Shown piece by piece: positions 42,933 through 52,148 of a DNA stretch of 64,000 nucleotides. Position 1 is the first letter of the stretch; each line of letters begins with the position of its first letter. Source of the stretch: Schmidtea polychroa. Its lineage: Eukaryota. The translations under genes were made by a program, and so were the position numbers. Location of the stretch: the NCBI GenBank assembly GCA_044892525.1, contig CM097885.1:49850001-49914000 (forward strand), read 5' to 3'. Under the pieces are notes generated by a model. That model was not told where the DNA came from and did no database searches. It worked only from the letters and a program-made list of their open reading frames with translations.

Positions 42933-43904
42933 TTAAAAAAATAAGATTTTATTATCTGGTACCAATACTCGGATATCATAAGAGACTCTTGTTGAGAGAA
43001 TGTCTTTATACAATTCCATCAATGCTTTACGAACTTCATCAACATCAACCTTTTTTTCATAAAATATTAAATCTATATATTGTACAAGTGTGCTTTTAAA
43101 AATAATATTCTTACTTTTAACTTTATGTGTTTTATGTGAATCAGTTTTATTATGCCAATCTCCGTGTGTTAAATCATAACCACTTATTATAACATCACCC
43201 TTTTCAAACTTACTATTATAATCACATTTCACAAACCATTTCATTGTTTCACCATCATCATTAAATAAAAAGAAATAAGGATCAATAATCTTTACAACCA
43301 TAAAAACACTCCATTCTTTACTATTTGTTTTTATTAAAGTTGGTTCTATAAAATGTTTATATGTATGGGGTAATAATGTTTTATTCTGTTCTAATTCAGC
43401 AGCTCTTTTTCTAATACTATGTATGGTGTTAATGTGTGTTGTATGAGATTCTAAATTTGAAAGTCTTTTATTAAATGATGTAATCATCTCATTTATTATA
43501 TTATATATTGTATTAAATTTAGTATTCATAATTTGTTTATCTTTAGAATTTAATATACTAGTATTTAACTTTACAACTTGTTCAGTTAACAGACTTTGTA
43601 ACTTGTCAAATTTATCATTAAATCGTTGTTCGATATTATTAAGCTTTGATTCCATTGAATCAATTTTTGTTGTTAATAAACTTTCAATTCTTGTTGTTGT
43701 TAAATCAGTATATTTTTTATTAACTGCATCAGAATCATCAGTTGGAAAAGATAAATCTTTTATCTTGTGTCCATTTAAAATTAAATCTCCTTTCATTGAA
43801 TCACCTCTTTCATTAACATATCTCTTTTCTGTAAGAGATATAACATCTTCATCTTTTAATCCATCATTATATAATCCAAACTTATTATAACTAGCATAAT
43901 TCAT
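42933..43904 (-). CDS. Putative fibre/spike-like protein
   Basis: GDSMKGDLILNGHKIKDL..PTDDSDAVNKKY (tail-fibre/adhesin neck-like motif), then coiled coil and C-terminal globular region; next to the penton. Confidence 0.6.
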   Translation of the reverse strand: MNYASYNKFGLYNDGLKDEDVISLTEKRYVNERGDSMKGDLILNGHKIKDLSFPTDDSDAVNKKYTDLTTTRIESLLTTKIDSMESKLNNIEQRFNDKFDKLQSLLTEQVVKLNTSILNSKDKQIMNTKFNTIYNIINEMITSFNKRLSNLESHTTHINTIHSIRKRAAELEQNKTLLPHTYKHFIEPTLIKTNSKEWSVFMVVKIIDPYFFLFNDDGETMKWFVKCDYNSKFEKGDVIISGYDLTHGDWHNKTDSHKTHKVKSKNIIFKSTLVQYIDLIFYEKKVDVDEVRKALMELYKDILSTRVSYDIRVLVPDNKILFF

Positions 43905-43927
43905 TTTTATAGTAATAAAAATAAAAT

Positions 43928-44761
43928 CTAGACTTGTTTCAAATGTAAATTCATTGAAATCTTTTCTCCATTAAAATTAATTAATTCCCCATTTTCATCA
44001 ACAATTCTAAAACTAATATCCATTATATTTTTTCTGCATAAAGGTAAATAATTTGGGGGATTCATTCTTTCAACCATTTTATATCCAACTCGCACAGTAT
44101 TAGAAGGAAAGGAATATAAAATATTTGCATGTTTACCATTATTGTATGATCCCATTATACAATCACACTCTATATTTATAGAATTTGTATTTGTTAATTG
44201 TATAATATTTTTAGATTTAATGGTTGATGGTGGATATTCTTTGACTTCAAAACCTAAAATAGTATGAAAGAAACTAGAAGTAGTAACACCAAGTCCAACA
44301 TTTTTTAAAGTTGTAATACATTTTGAAGTTTGAATATCTGCTTTTATTTCTACTTCTCCATTTGTTTCTTTTAAAATTGTTTTAGCTAAATCTGTTATTT
44401 CATATGATCCTGGTTCGATTGTTATAATGGTGTATTCCTTAGAAGTAATCTTTTCATATTCACTATTTTCCAATATACTAGGGAGAATAAATGAAACAAA
44501 AGGGGGGTTTCTATTATCACTCTTAAATATAATAAATTTATTATTATTATTATTTATATTAAAAATAGTATTAAAACAGCTAAACCACAAGAGTCCTAAT
44601 TCATAATTTAAATCTTGATCTAAATTTATTGAATCTTCAAAATTTATAGTAAAATCTGATTCTTTTGAATTTATTAATAAACTTCTTGAATATTTATGTG
44701 ACATTATGTTTGCTATTTTTTTTAAATAATCTTCCGGAAGGTTGCGAAGCTCCATTTTCAT
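43928..44761 (-). CDS. Minor capsid protein (penton)
   Basis: I.L...YELGL..F..FNTIFNI...NN.F, PGSYEI, INIECD.I.GSY.NG....ILYSF, IVDENG.LINFNGE. Confidence 0.88.
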   Translation of the reverse strand: MKMELRNLPEDYLKKIANIMSHKYSRSLLINSKESDFTINFEDSINLDQDLNYELGLLWFSCFNTIFNINNNNNKFIIFKSDNRNPPFVSFILPSILENSEYEKITSKEYTIITIEPGSYEITDLAKTILKETNGEVEIKADIQTSKCITTLKNVGLGVTTSSFFHTILGFEVKEYPPSTIKSKNIIQLTNTNSINIECDCIMGSYNNGKHANILYSFPSNTVRVGYKMVERMNPPNYLPLCRKNIMDISFRIVDENGELINFNGEKISMNLHLKQV

Positions 44762-45219
44762 AGTAAAGATTTTAAATCATTATAAATTTCTTGGATTAAG
44801 GAAGTGAAACCTTCTCCTTTGGATTTATTCAATCTATACAAAACATATAAGCTTAAAATACCACATATTTTAGTATTATTAGGTTGAACTTGTAAAGAAT
44901 TAAAAGTGTAGTCCGAGAGATAGTCTTCAACTTCTTTAGTAGGTTTAATCCCAAAAGAATCAAAGTATATAGATTTATTATATATACAAACCCAATGAGA
45001 TCCTTTCTCATTTGAATTTTGATAATTTATAATAATATTCAGGGGACTTCGTTTCTTTTTAATGTCTTCTTTCAGAATATCTTTCAGACTTGATAATTCA
45101 TCATTCATTAATATTTTTATTTTTAAATTTAAATAATTTGCATAATCTTTTAAATCAAAATTTGTTTTTGCATTTATTCCAAATGTTTTTAAAAAATCTA
45201 ATATTGAAGGATTAGTCAT
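44758..45219 (-). CDS. Adenain-like cysteine maturation protease
   Basis: GSHWVC, YFDSFG, Q......CG catalytic motifs. Confidence 0.93.
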   Translation of the reverse strand: MTNPSILDFLKTFGINAKTNFDLKDYANYLNLKIKILMNDELSSLKDILKEDIKKKRSPLNIIINYQNSNEKGSHWVCIYNKSIYFDSFGIKPTKEVEDYLSDYTFNSLQVQPNNTKICGILSLYVLYRLNKSKGEGFTSLIQEIYNDLKSLL

Positions 45220-45241
45220 TTTATATTTTATAACTTTGTAT

Positions 45242-46108
45242 TTATAACTTCGTATATTTATTAAATTTATCTTTTGAAATTATTCCTTGTTTTAACAAAT
45301 CTTTAGAAATCTTTAAAATATCAGAATCTAAATTATTATGACCTGCTTTTTTAGCTGCTAATAGTTTTCTTAATTCAATAAAAAGGTTGATTGGGTTTGG
45401 TTTAACCCTTATACCATCACCTTCTTTAACAACATAACCCTTTTCATTTCTATCTAAATATTTCTTTAAATCTTGAATGTGTTTTGCTTTTGAACTAGCT
45501 TTTATTGATCTTATAAAATTTAAATATTTTTTAATTTCTTCAACATCATCTGAAGGATATCCACAAAGTAATCTATAAAAATCATTTGTAAATTCAAAGT
45601 CTAAATATTCATTATTATAAACATTTTGTGAATGAATATGTGATTTATTTTCTGGAGTTGTATATAAAGTAAAGTTTTGTTTATTGATTGTTATTATTGA
45701 ATATCCTTCAGAATTAATATGAAATGTGGGTTTAATTGAATCACTTAAACCTTCTCTAATTTTAGGATTAACTTTAAGAGGTTTTGTTTTTAAAAACATT
45801 TCTTCTTCTTTCACATTAGAGGTTCTTCTACGTTTTCTTTGATTTCTTTCAGAATGACTTTCAGGATAATTTTCAGTGGATTCTTTCTCCCACTCCAATT
45901 CTTTTATTTTTTGTTTTTTATCTTCCAACTCTTTAAATTTTGCTTGCTCATTTAATCCTTTTATAGCTTTAATTGTTGGTCCTTGTTGTTTTTGGATTAC
46001 CTCATTTAATATTATAGATTCAGCATGTTGAGTTGTATCTTTTTTATTATACTTGTTTTGTTCTGATTGTAATTTTTTTAAAAGTGCTAATCTTTCTTCA
46101 TATACCAT
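45242..46108 (-). CDS. Conserved Polinton protein (PZ-like C-terminal domain)
   Basis: C-terminal LRKLLAAKKAGHNN...I...L...GII motif preceded by GDG. Confidence 0.7.
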   Translation of the reverse strand: MVYEERLALLKKLQSEQNKYNKKDTTQHAESIILNEVIQKQQGPTIKAIKGLNEQAKFKELEDKKQKIKELEWEKESTENYPESHSERNQRKRRRTSNVKEEEMFLKTKPLKVNPKIREGLSDSIKPTFHINSEGYSIITINKQNFTLYTTPENKSHIHSQNVYNNEYLDFEFTNDFYRLLCGYPSDDVEEIKKYLNFIRSIKASSKAKHIQDLKKYLDRNEKGYVVKEGDGIRVKPNPINLFIELRKLLAAKKAGHNNLDSDILKISKDLLKQGIISKDKFNKYTKL

Positions 46109-46130
46109 TTTAATGGTATCAAAAATGGTA

Positions 46131-46721
46131 TCATGGTTCCTTCCAAGGTTTTAAATATAATCCTTTACCATTTTTAGTTTTACAAAGGCATCCATTCTTT
46201 AAAGATTTACACATTTTTTTTAAATCATCTTTATCTTTTGAAGATAAAGATTCAGATGATGAAATTTGATTTTTTAAAAAATCATTTAAACCGCGGCCTT
46301 TATAAGGATCAAGATAGAGACCCTTTCCAACGGAGGAACTCCCCTGAGACCTTTGACCTTCGGACACTTTCTGATATGGATTAAGATAGAGACCTTTTCC
46401 TTTAGCTTGCCCTACCTTCATTTTCTCGATTTCAGTTTGTAATTTTTCTTTTTCTAGGTCTGTCTTTTGAGATTCTTTAGCTTTTTGAACTGTAGTTGCA
46501 ATTCCTCCAGCTATTCCAGCAGCACCTGATAAACCAGCAATGATTGCAGGTATTAAAGCAGCTAATGGAAGAATGCCGCCTTCATGTATTTTCTTTTTAA
46601 CTTGTTCTTTTACATGTTTTCCAATAAAATATTTTTTACCATCAATTACTACTGATTTATTTTTATTTGAATTTATTAATTCTTGCAAAGATTCTTCAGT
46701 AGAGGAACTCTTCGAGGTCAT
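46131..46721 (-). CDS. Core protein resembling adenovirus pX/Mu precursor
   Basis: GGILPLAALIPAIIAG and repeated GKGLYL.P motifs (possible adenain sites). Confidence 0.72.
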   Translation of the reverse strand: MTSKSSSTEESLQELINSNKNKSVVIDGKKYFIGKHVKEQVKKKIHEGGILPLAALIPAIIAGLSGAAGIAGGIATTVQKAKESQKTDLEKEKLQTEIEKMKVGQAKGKGLYLNPYQKVSEGQRSQGSSSVGKGLYLDPYKGRGLNDFLKNQISSSESLSSKDKDDLKKMCKSLKNGCLCKTKNGKGLYLKPWKEP

Positions 46722-46736
46722 TTTATAATAAATAAA

Positions 46737-47549
46737 ATGGATGTACGAAGTCCAATAATTTGGAAACCAATTTTAAATAGACATAAATCTAAATTTAATA
46801 ATAAAGTATTTCCTGATAATTTTAGATTATTAATTGTTGGTTCTTCTGGATGTGGAAAGAATGTACTTGTTTTGAAAATGTTACTTGAAGATGGTTTTTT
46901 AGATTATAATAATTTAATCTTTTATTCTACAACTATAAATCAACCAGAATTACAACTTTTGAAATGTGGATTTGAAAATAAATTAACTAAAAAAGCAATA
47001 ATTGATATTTTTAAAAATCAACATAGATGTCCTGACGAGGTTTTTCAACCTTGTGATATGGTTGATTGGTATAAGGAAAAGATTTTAGAATCAGATATTA
47101 GTAATAAAAATGATTACATCTGTGAAGATGAGGGGCAGGCAGAGGCGATTCAAGTTTTATTCTCTAATAAACCTGAAGATGTTTTACATTGTGATTTACT
47201 TCCTAAAGATAAAAAGAATCTAGTTATATTTGATGATGTTGTTAACATGAAAAATCAAGAGATTCAAAAGAGTTACTTTACAAGAGGAAGACATAATAAT
47301 TGTAATGTTATTTATATATCTCAAACTTATTATGCTTTAGATAAAAACTCTATAAGAAATAATTCTAATTGTTTTATATTTTTTAAATTAGATCGCCGTG
47401 ATAAGAATATGATTTATAATGATTTATTTTCAAATGTTGAACCTGATAAGAATATGTTTGATATGTTTGTTGATAATCATTGGAGAGAAAAATATAATTA
47501 TATTTATTTGGATAGAGAAGAAGCTGAAATATGGAAAAGTTTGTTTTAG
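46737..47549 (+). CDS. A32/FtsK-like packaging ATPase
   Basis: Walker A GSSGCGKN, Walker B VIFDD, RGRH.N..VIYISQ, IR.N; ATG at 46737 taken as the start. Confidence 0.93.
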   Translation: MDVRSPIIWKPILNRHKSKFNNKVFPDNFRLLIVGSSGCGKNVLVLKMLLEDGFLDYNNLIFYSTTINQPELQLLKCGFENKLTKKAIIDIFKNQHRCPDEVFQPCDMVDWYKEKILESDISNKNDYICEDEGQAEAIQVLFSNKPEDVLHCDLLPKDKKNLVIFDDVVNMKNQEIQKSYFTRGRHNNCNVIYISQTYYALDKNSIRNNSNCFIFFKLDRRDKNMIYNDLFSNVEPDKNMFDMFVDNHWREKYNYIYLDREEAEIWKSLF

Positions 47550-47560
47550 GGCTTGTCGAC

Positions 47561-48940
47561 TTAAAAATCTGTTTTCTGTAGTTCATTATTATAAAATCTA
47601 CCTAATATTTTTTCATTATTTAAATCAATGATGCTATATGTTATTGGGGTTGTATAATGTATTTTATTTATAATAAAAATTTCATTTGTCCATTTTGCTG
47701 TGAATCCTTTTTGAAATTTATTTTTATATTTAAATATTCTTACTCGGTCACCAATTTTAAATTTTGGTTTTTCAATAACATCATTTTCAATATTTACCAC
47801 TTTAATGGTTTCAGGATTCAAGGAAGCATTTAAAGTTGTTAATTTTATAGAACTATGTACATCATTATTATATTCATTTACAATCTTTTGTAACAATTCA
47901 TTATTCCATTTTTGTTTTCCAATAGCAGTAAAATATTTCCACATTTTATTTTTTAATGTTCTATTTAATCTTTCAACTACGACTGCTTTTCCTTCGTTTT
48001 CTGTTGAATATAATTTAATATCATTTTCATTTAAAAACTTTGTAAAAACTTTGTTATAAAATTCTGTTCCTTTATCACACCATAAATATTTTGGAATTCT
48101 TTGATGTTGTTCAAATATATTTTCAAATGCTTCTGTAATAGAATATCCTGTTTTATTTTCTAAACACCTTGCAAAAGCAAATCTTGTATATAAATCTATT
48201 ACTGTTAAAATTATTTTATATTTTTCAGGGTCTGATGATTTGGTTGGCATAAAGACTAAATCTGCAGACCATGTTTGATCTTTTTCATGAACTTGAACTT
48301 TTAAATATTTTTTATTTTTTCTAAATTCATGGTGTAATTCGTTGGTATATTTTATTTGTGATTCTGTTGGGGTTAATAAACTAGTCTTGGATATATTCTC
48401 GAGGGATCTTTCAGCATCTGTTTGTTCAATAATCTTTTTATTAGCAACATTTTTTGCTATTCTTGGTAAACTAGCACCTATGAAAGTCTTACCTTTCATT
48501 GCTAATTTAACTAGAGCTCTTTGAATCTTTTCTTGGGTTGATGGATTTTGGATACTATTTAAATCATGTATTAAATTAACATCTGCAACATGTCTATCTC
48601 TAAGATCTTCTGAATTGTAAGCAATATCATGTTTTAAAGCTGCTTGGTCGATTCTATTTATTGGTTCTTCTCCTTGTTTGGGATTATTATTTTCATCTAA
48701 TCTAATATCTAATCTTGTTCCTGGTCCGGTATAGTTGTGTTTAAATAAATGTCTTTCACCTGGATATTTTTCTGTAGTAAAAGGTTTTAATATTGAAGAT
48801 GTCACTTTTGAAGATTGTAGGTCGCCTCCGGCTCGTGGAATCATGTCGCCTCCTATATGTTTTTTAGTTTTTAGATGACTTGCTTTATGATGTCTTGTAA
48901 CTTGACAATTACAACTTTCACATCTCCAATAGAGAGACAT
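47561..48940 (-). CDS. Retroviral-type integrase fused to an N-terminal Zn finger and a parvovirus-like PLA2 domain
   Basis: C..C...H.....H; NYTGPGT..PINRIDQAALKHDIAY; WSADL, IDLYTRFA, DKGTEF, VERLNRTLK. Confidence 0.95.
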   Translation of the reverse strand: MSLYWRCESCNCQVTRHHKASHLKTKKHIGGDMIPRAGGDLQSSKVTSSILKPFTTEKYPGERHLFKHNYTGPGTRLDIRLDENNNPKQGEEPINRIDQAALKHDIAYNSEDLRDRHVADVNLIHDLNSIQNPSTQEKIQRALVKLAMKGKTFIGASLPRIAKNVANKKIIEQTDAERSLENISKTSLLTPTESQIKYTNELHHEFRKNKKYLKVQVHEKDQTWSADLVFMPTKSSDPEKYKIILTVIDLYTRFAFARCLENKTGYSITEAFENIFEQHQRIPKYLWCDKGTEFYNKVFTKFLNENDIKLYSTENEGKAVVVERLNRTLKNKMWKYFTAIGKQKWNNELLQKIVNEYNNDVHSSIKLTTLNASLNPETIKVVNIENDVIEKPKFKIGDRVRIFKYKNKFQKGFTAKWTNEIFIINKIHYTTPITYSIIDLNNEKILGRFYNNELQKTDF

Positions 48941-48969
48941 TTTAAAATGTTAAAATATCAGGGATTATA

Positions 48970-50262
48970 TCAAGAATCTCCCCTAACATTTTCAATAATT
49001 GAAATCTTTCCACCATATAATTTCATTTCTATTTTCTTTTCTTCTAATATTAATGTATATACTTTAGCTTTGAAATTAGAATCCTTTGTTATATGAAGTG
49101 TAACATCAACATTATTTATGGCTAATCTATCATCTTGATCTGATACATTTATACAAAATATAGGATATAAATTTTTGAAATCTTCTAAACTTAATTGCGG
49201 TTCAACTTTGAAATCATAACATGTTTCAATATAATTTAGATATGGGAATATGTTTTCATTATTTTCAATATTAAATTCCATTCTATTTATTGGATAATAA
49301 GAACTATTTAATTGAATTTGGATTGTTTTTAAATTATCATCTCCAATCTTTTGAATAAATAGATTGTTATTTTTTTGGAAAGATGAATCTACTTCTTTGA
49401 ATCCAATCAAGATATATCTTGGTCGGTATGCTAAATTTGCTACCTTTATGGAATATGTTGAACCCTCTGTCATACTAAATTCACTACAGATTCTATTTAA
49501 ATAATTTACATTTATAGACTTGTTGGAATTTAATCTTTCAAAGAGTTTGATTTCAGAATGTGGGTTTAATGTCCATTCAGGTATATGCAATTCAAGTGTT
49601 GATAATTTTAATTTAGCTTTTGTATCTGCAGCTCCATAGAACAATCTTTTATCACCTTCTACTCTATTACAGATGAATTCTATAAAAACATTATGAAGTA
49701 TACGATTATAGTTTTGAAGGAATCCAAACAAGTGTTTTAATTCAAAATAACCTTCAAATTTTTTAGATTTATAAAGTTCAGCTCTTTTATGGTAACCATA
49801 ATTTATATCTAAACCATCTTTATCTAAATCTCCTTTATTAACATCAGGAATCCAGCCTGTTAATTCACCATATTCATTTTTATAATCACAACCAGTCAAA
49901 ATAAAATTTAACATTGTAGAATATATTCCTGGATGTAAAACAGTTTCAATTTCTGATGATCCTAGTTTTAATCTCATGTTGGAGAATAAATTTGGAAAGA
50001 AATTATTTTCTAGGGTTATATCTTTGTTTGCTTCAATTTCTAATTCAATTTTATAATATAATTTAGCATTACAAATATCTATTGGGTTTGATGTTTGAAG
50101 AGATTGAAAAACTATATCACCCCTACGATTTAAGTTTGCAATCGATCCTGACGTAGGGGATATTTTAAGTACATCATTTTTCTTGATTTCATGAGTAAAT
50201 TCTTTATTATAATCAAGATTTAATTTATTTTTTTCTTGAATTTTAAGATTTATATTATTCAT
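48970..50262 (-). CDS. Major capsid protein (double jelly-roll, hexon-like)
   Basis: 430 aa; NN...LFS..RL.LG..EIE....PG..S, L..LFGF...Y.RIL, PRYI..GF, LN...YP. Confidence 0.88.
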   Translation of the reverse strand: MNNINLKIQEKNKLNLDYNKEFTHEIKKNDVLKISPTSGSIANLNRRGDIVFQSLQTSNPIDICNAKLYYKIELEIEANKDITLENNFFPNLFSNMRLKLGSSEIETVLHPGIYSTMLNFILTGCDYKNEYGELTGWIPDVNKGDLDKDGLDINYGYHKRAELYKSKKFEGYFELKHLFGFLQNYNRILHNVFIEFICNRVEGDKRLFYGAADTKAKLKLSTLELHIPEWTLNPHSEIKLFERLNSNKSINVNYLNRICSEFSMTEGSTYSIKVANLAYRPRYILIGFKEVDSSFQKNNNLFIQKIGDDNLKTIQIQLNSSYYPINRMEFNIENNENIFPYLNYIETCYDFKVEPQLSLEDFKNLYPIFCINVSDQDDRLAINNVDVTLHITKDSNFKAKVYTLILEEKKIEMKLYGGKISIIENVRGDS

Positions 50263-50318
50263 TTTTATATATTAAAATTTACACTCACACAATAGGATTA
50301 ATTAAATATATTATGTAA

Positions 50319-50400
50319 GCCATTATAGCGGAGTGGGAATAGGCTTCAATTTTATCACCGGGAGTACCGGGTTCAATTTTCGATTTTGGTCAATTTTTTT
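50319..50400 (+). ncRNA. tRNA-like Pol III unit 1
   Basis: A box TAGCGGAGTGG at +8, imperfect B box GGTTCAATTTT, T7 terminator at 50394-50400. Confidence 0.55.
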
Positions 50401-50561
50401 CGATATTTTTTTTCAACGGAATCTGATTCAGCGTACTGATTTTAGTATATATTTAAATTTTCAGATGGATCTGAGTGGTAGTTGTCGAGAAAATGAATAA
50501 TTAATTATTAATTTCATCAATAAATAGTCACACATTAACAACTTATTTTATATTGAGTATA

Positions 50562-50641
50562 GCTCTAATAGCTTAGTGATAATAGCACTCGACTGCATTG
50601 CCAATACCAATGGGTTCAAATCCCATTTCGGTCATTTTTTT
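50562..50641 (+). ncRNA. tRNA-like Pol III unit 2
   Basis: A-box/D-arm TAGCTTAGTGATAATAGC at +8; perfect T-arm ATGGG-TTCAAAT-CCCAT; T7 terminator. Confidence 0.7.
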
Positions 50642-51037
50642 CAAATATTTTTTTTAACGAAATATTGATCAGCATACTCGATTTAGTACTTGTACAAATT
50701 TTTAAGGTGATTGGTCAACGGCAACTCTTGGAAATTTAAGATCAAAAACGTTTTAACTACCAAAAATTAATATATCCAATAAAAAAAAATATTTATAAAA
50801 ATGGATGAGTTAAAAGAAAGAATGAGAAATGAATTGAATGAAGTTAAACATAAGAGAATGAAAAGATGAGAAGAAGAACCATTAGAATACATCAAAGAGT
50901 TGATGGTAGATAATGAAAAGTATCGATATTTTTATATGAAGGCTGTAGATGTTGCTGATATAAGATTGAAGAAAATGAAACAATTACAGGAAAGAGTTAA
51001 AAAACTTGAATCGATTATTTATAGTCTAAAAAATGAG

Positions 51038-51969
51038 AAAAATCCAAACCTAGATAGCGCAGTGGGCTAGACTGGCACAGTGGTTCAAATGGATGGTGGT
51101 TCAAATCCTAACTGTGGTTAGTTTTTTTTCAACATAAAATAATATTAAAAATTTGAAAATAATAGTGTGGGTATCTTAGATTTATAAAGTAGTTATATAT
51201 TTTATTTATTTTTATTTTATTTTATTTATTTTATTTTATTTTATTTTTTAAACATAAATATGAAAAAAAAATTATTGAAACGGGTGATGGTGGCGAACCG
51301 GTAATTATCGCCACCTGTCTTTCGAACACCCCCGGATCGATTCCATAATGTGCATATTTATTTCTCAGTTGTTTTCGGACCTCTTTCGGATTCACTTTCG
51401 AATTCATTTGTACTTTCGAGCAGCACGCTTAAAACGCCGATGAAATCGTATTCGAGCGAGAAGCGAATAATAAGGTGTGCTGCTATTATCGGATTGATTC
51501 TGATGTATGAGTCTGACCAGCTTGTATATTGGAAGAGATTCGATAAACGAAAGAGGTTGAAATGATCCGGATCAAAAAAACTGTTAAGGGGACAGTGAAA
51601 AAAAAAAAATACCACTGTCCCCTCAGAGCAGTTTTACTATTTTTCATTTATTTTTTAATTTTTATAATTTAAAATTAATAATCTGATAAAGATCAACTCC
51701 GGTGTTTGATTGCGATCAAAAGTAGTGTGTATATAGCCCTATCCCAAATAGCCCTCTAACTTTTTCATAATGCCATTTTCTTTTCTTTTCTCTTTTTAGT
51801 TTGAAGCTTTTGAGTTTGAGGCTTTAAAGATTAAGGGTGGTTGTTGTTTAAAATATGGGGTTAAAATACTATAAAAACATAGGTTTTATGTTGTTTTTCT
51901 AATGGTTTAAGCGTAATGGAGGTATGTTTTTGTTGGGAGGGCTGTTTGGGTTAGGGCTATATACACTAT
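51038..51969 (-). repeat. Right TIR of Polinton 1 (terminal bases degraded)
   Basis: Mirror of 36875-37816; ends TATATACACTAT instead of TATACACACTACT. Confidence 0.93.
51048..51129 (+). ncRNA. tRNA-like Pol III unit 3 (right TIR)
   Basis: A box TAGCGCAGTGG at +8, B box GGTTCAAATCC at 51098, T8 terminator. Confidence 0.65.
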
Positions 51970-52148
51970 ATTGATAATTAAAACAAAATTTTAAAAAAAT
52001 TTTATGGGGTAGGGGTTAAGAAGATTGATTTTAAAAGTTTGATGACTTGAAAATTTAACTTTAAATTGGCGAAAATTGGACGTTGACCTTAAAATTTGCC
52101 CTTAAATTGGGGGTAGAGGGTAGGAAGGGTTGACCTTAGAAATTTCTA
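51970..52148 (+). repeat. ~180-bp direct repeat flanking Polinton 1 (right copy)
   Basis: Near-identical to 36694-36874. Confidence 0.9.

Larger units (their letters stand above)
36875..51969. mobile_element. Polinton/Maverick (adintovirus-like) element 1, ~15.1 kb, near complete
   Basis: AGTAGT terminus, ~940-bp TIRs, pPolB, integrase, ATPase, adenain, MCP and penton. Confidence 0.97.

Noticed and set aside
50319..51129. Calling the tRNA-like units functional tRNAs
   Set aside because: Acceptor and anticodon stems are poorly paired; only promoter boxes and one T-arm are convincing
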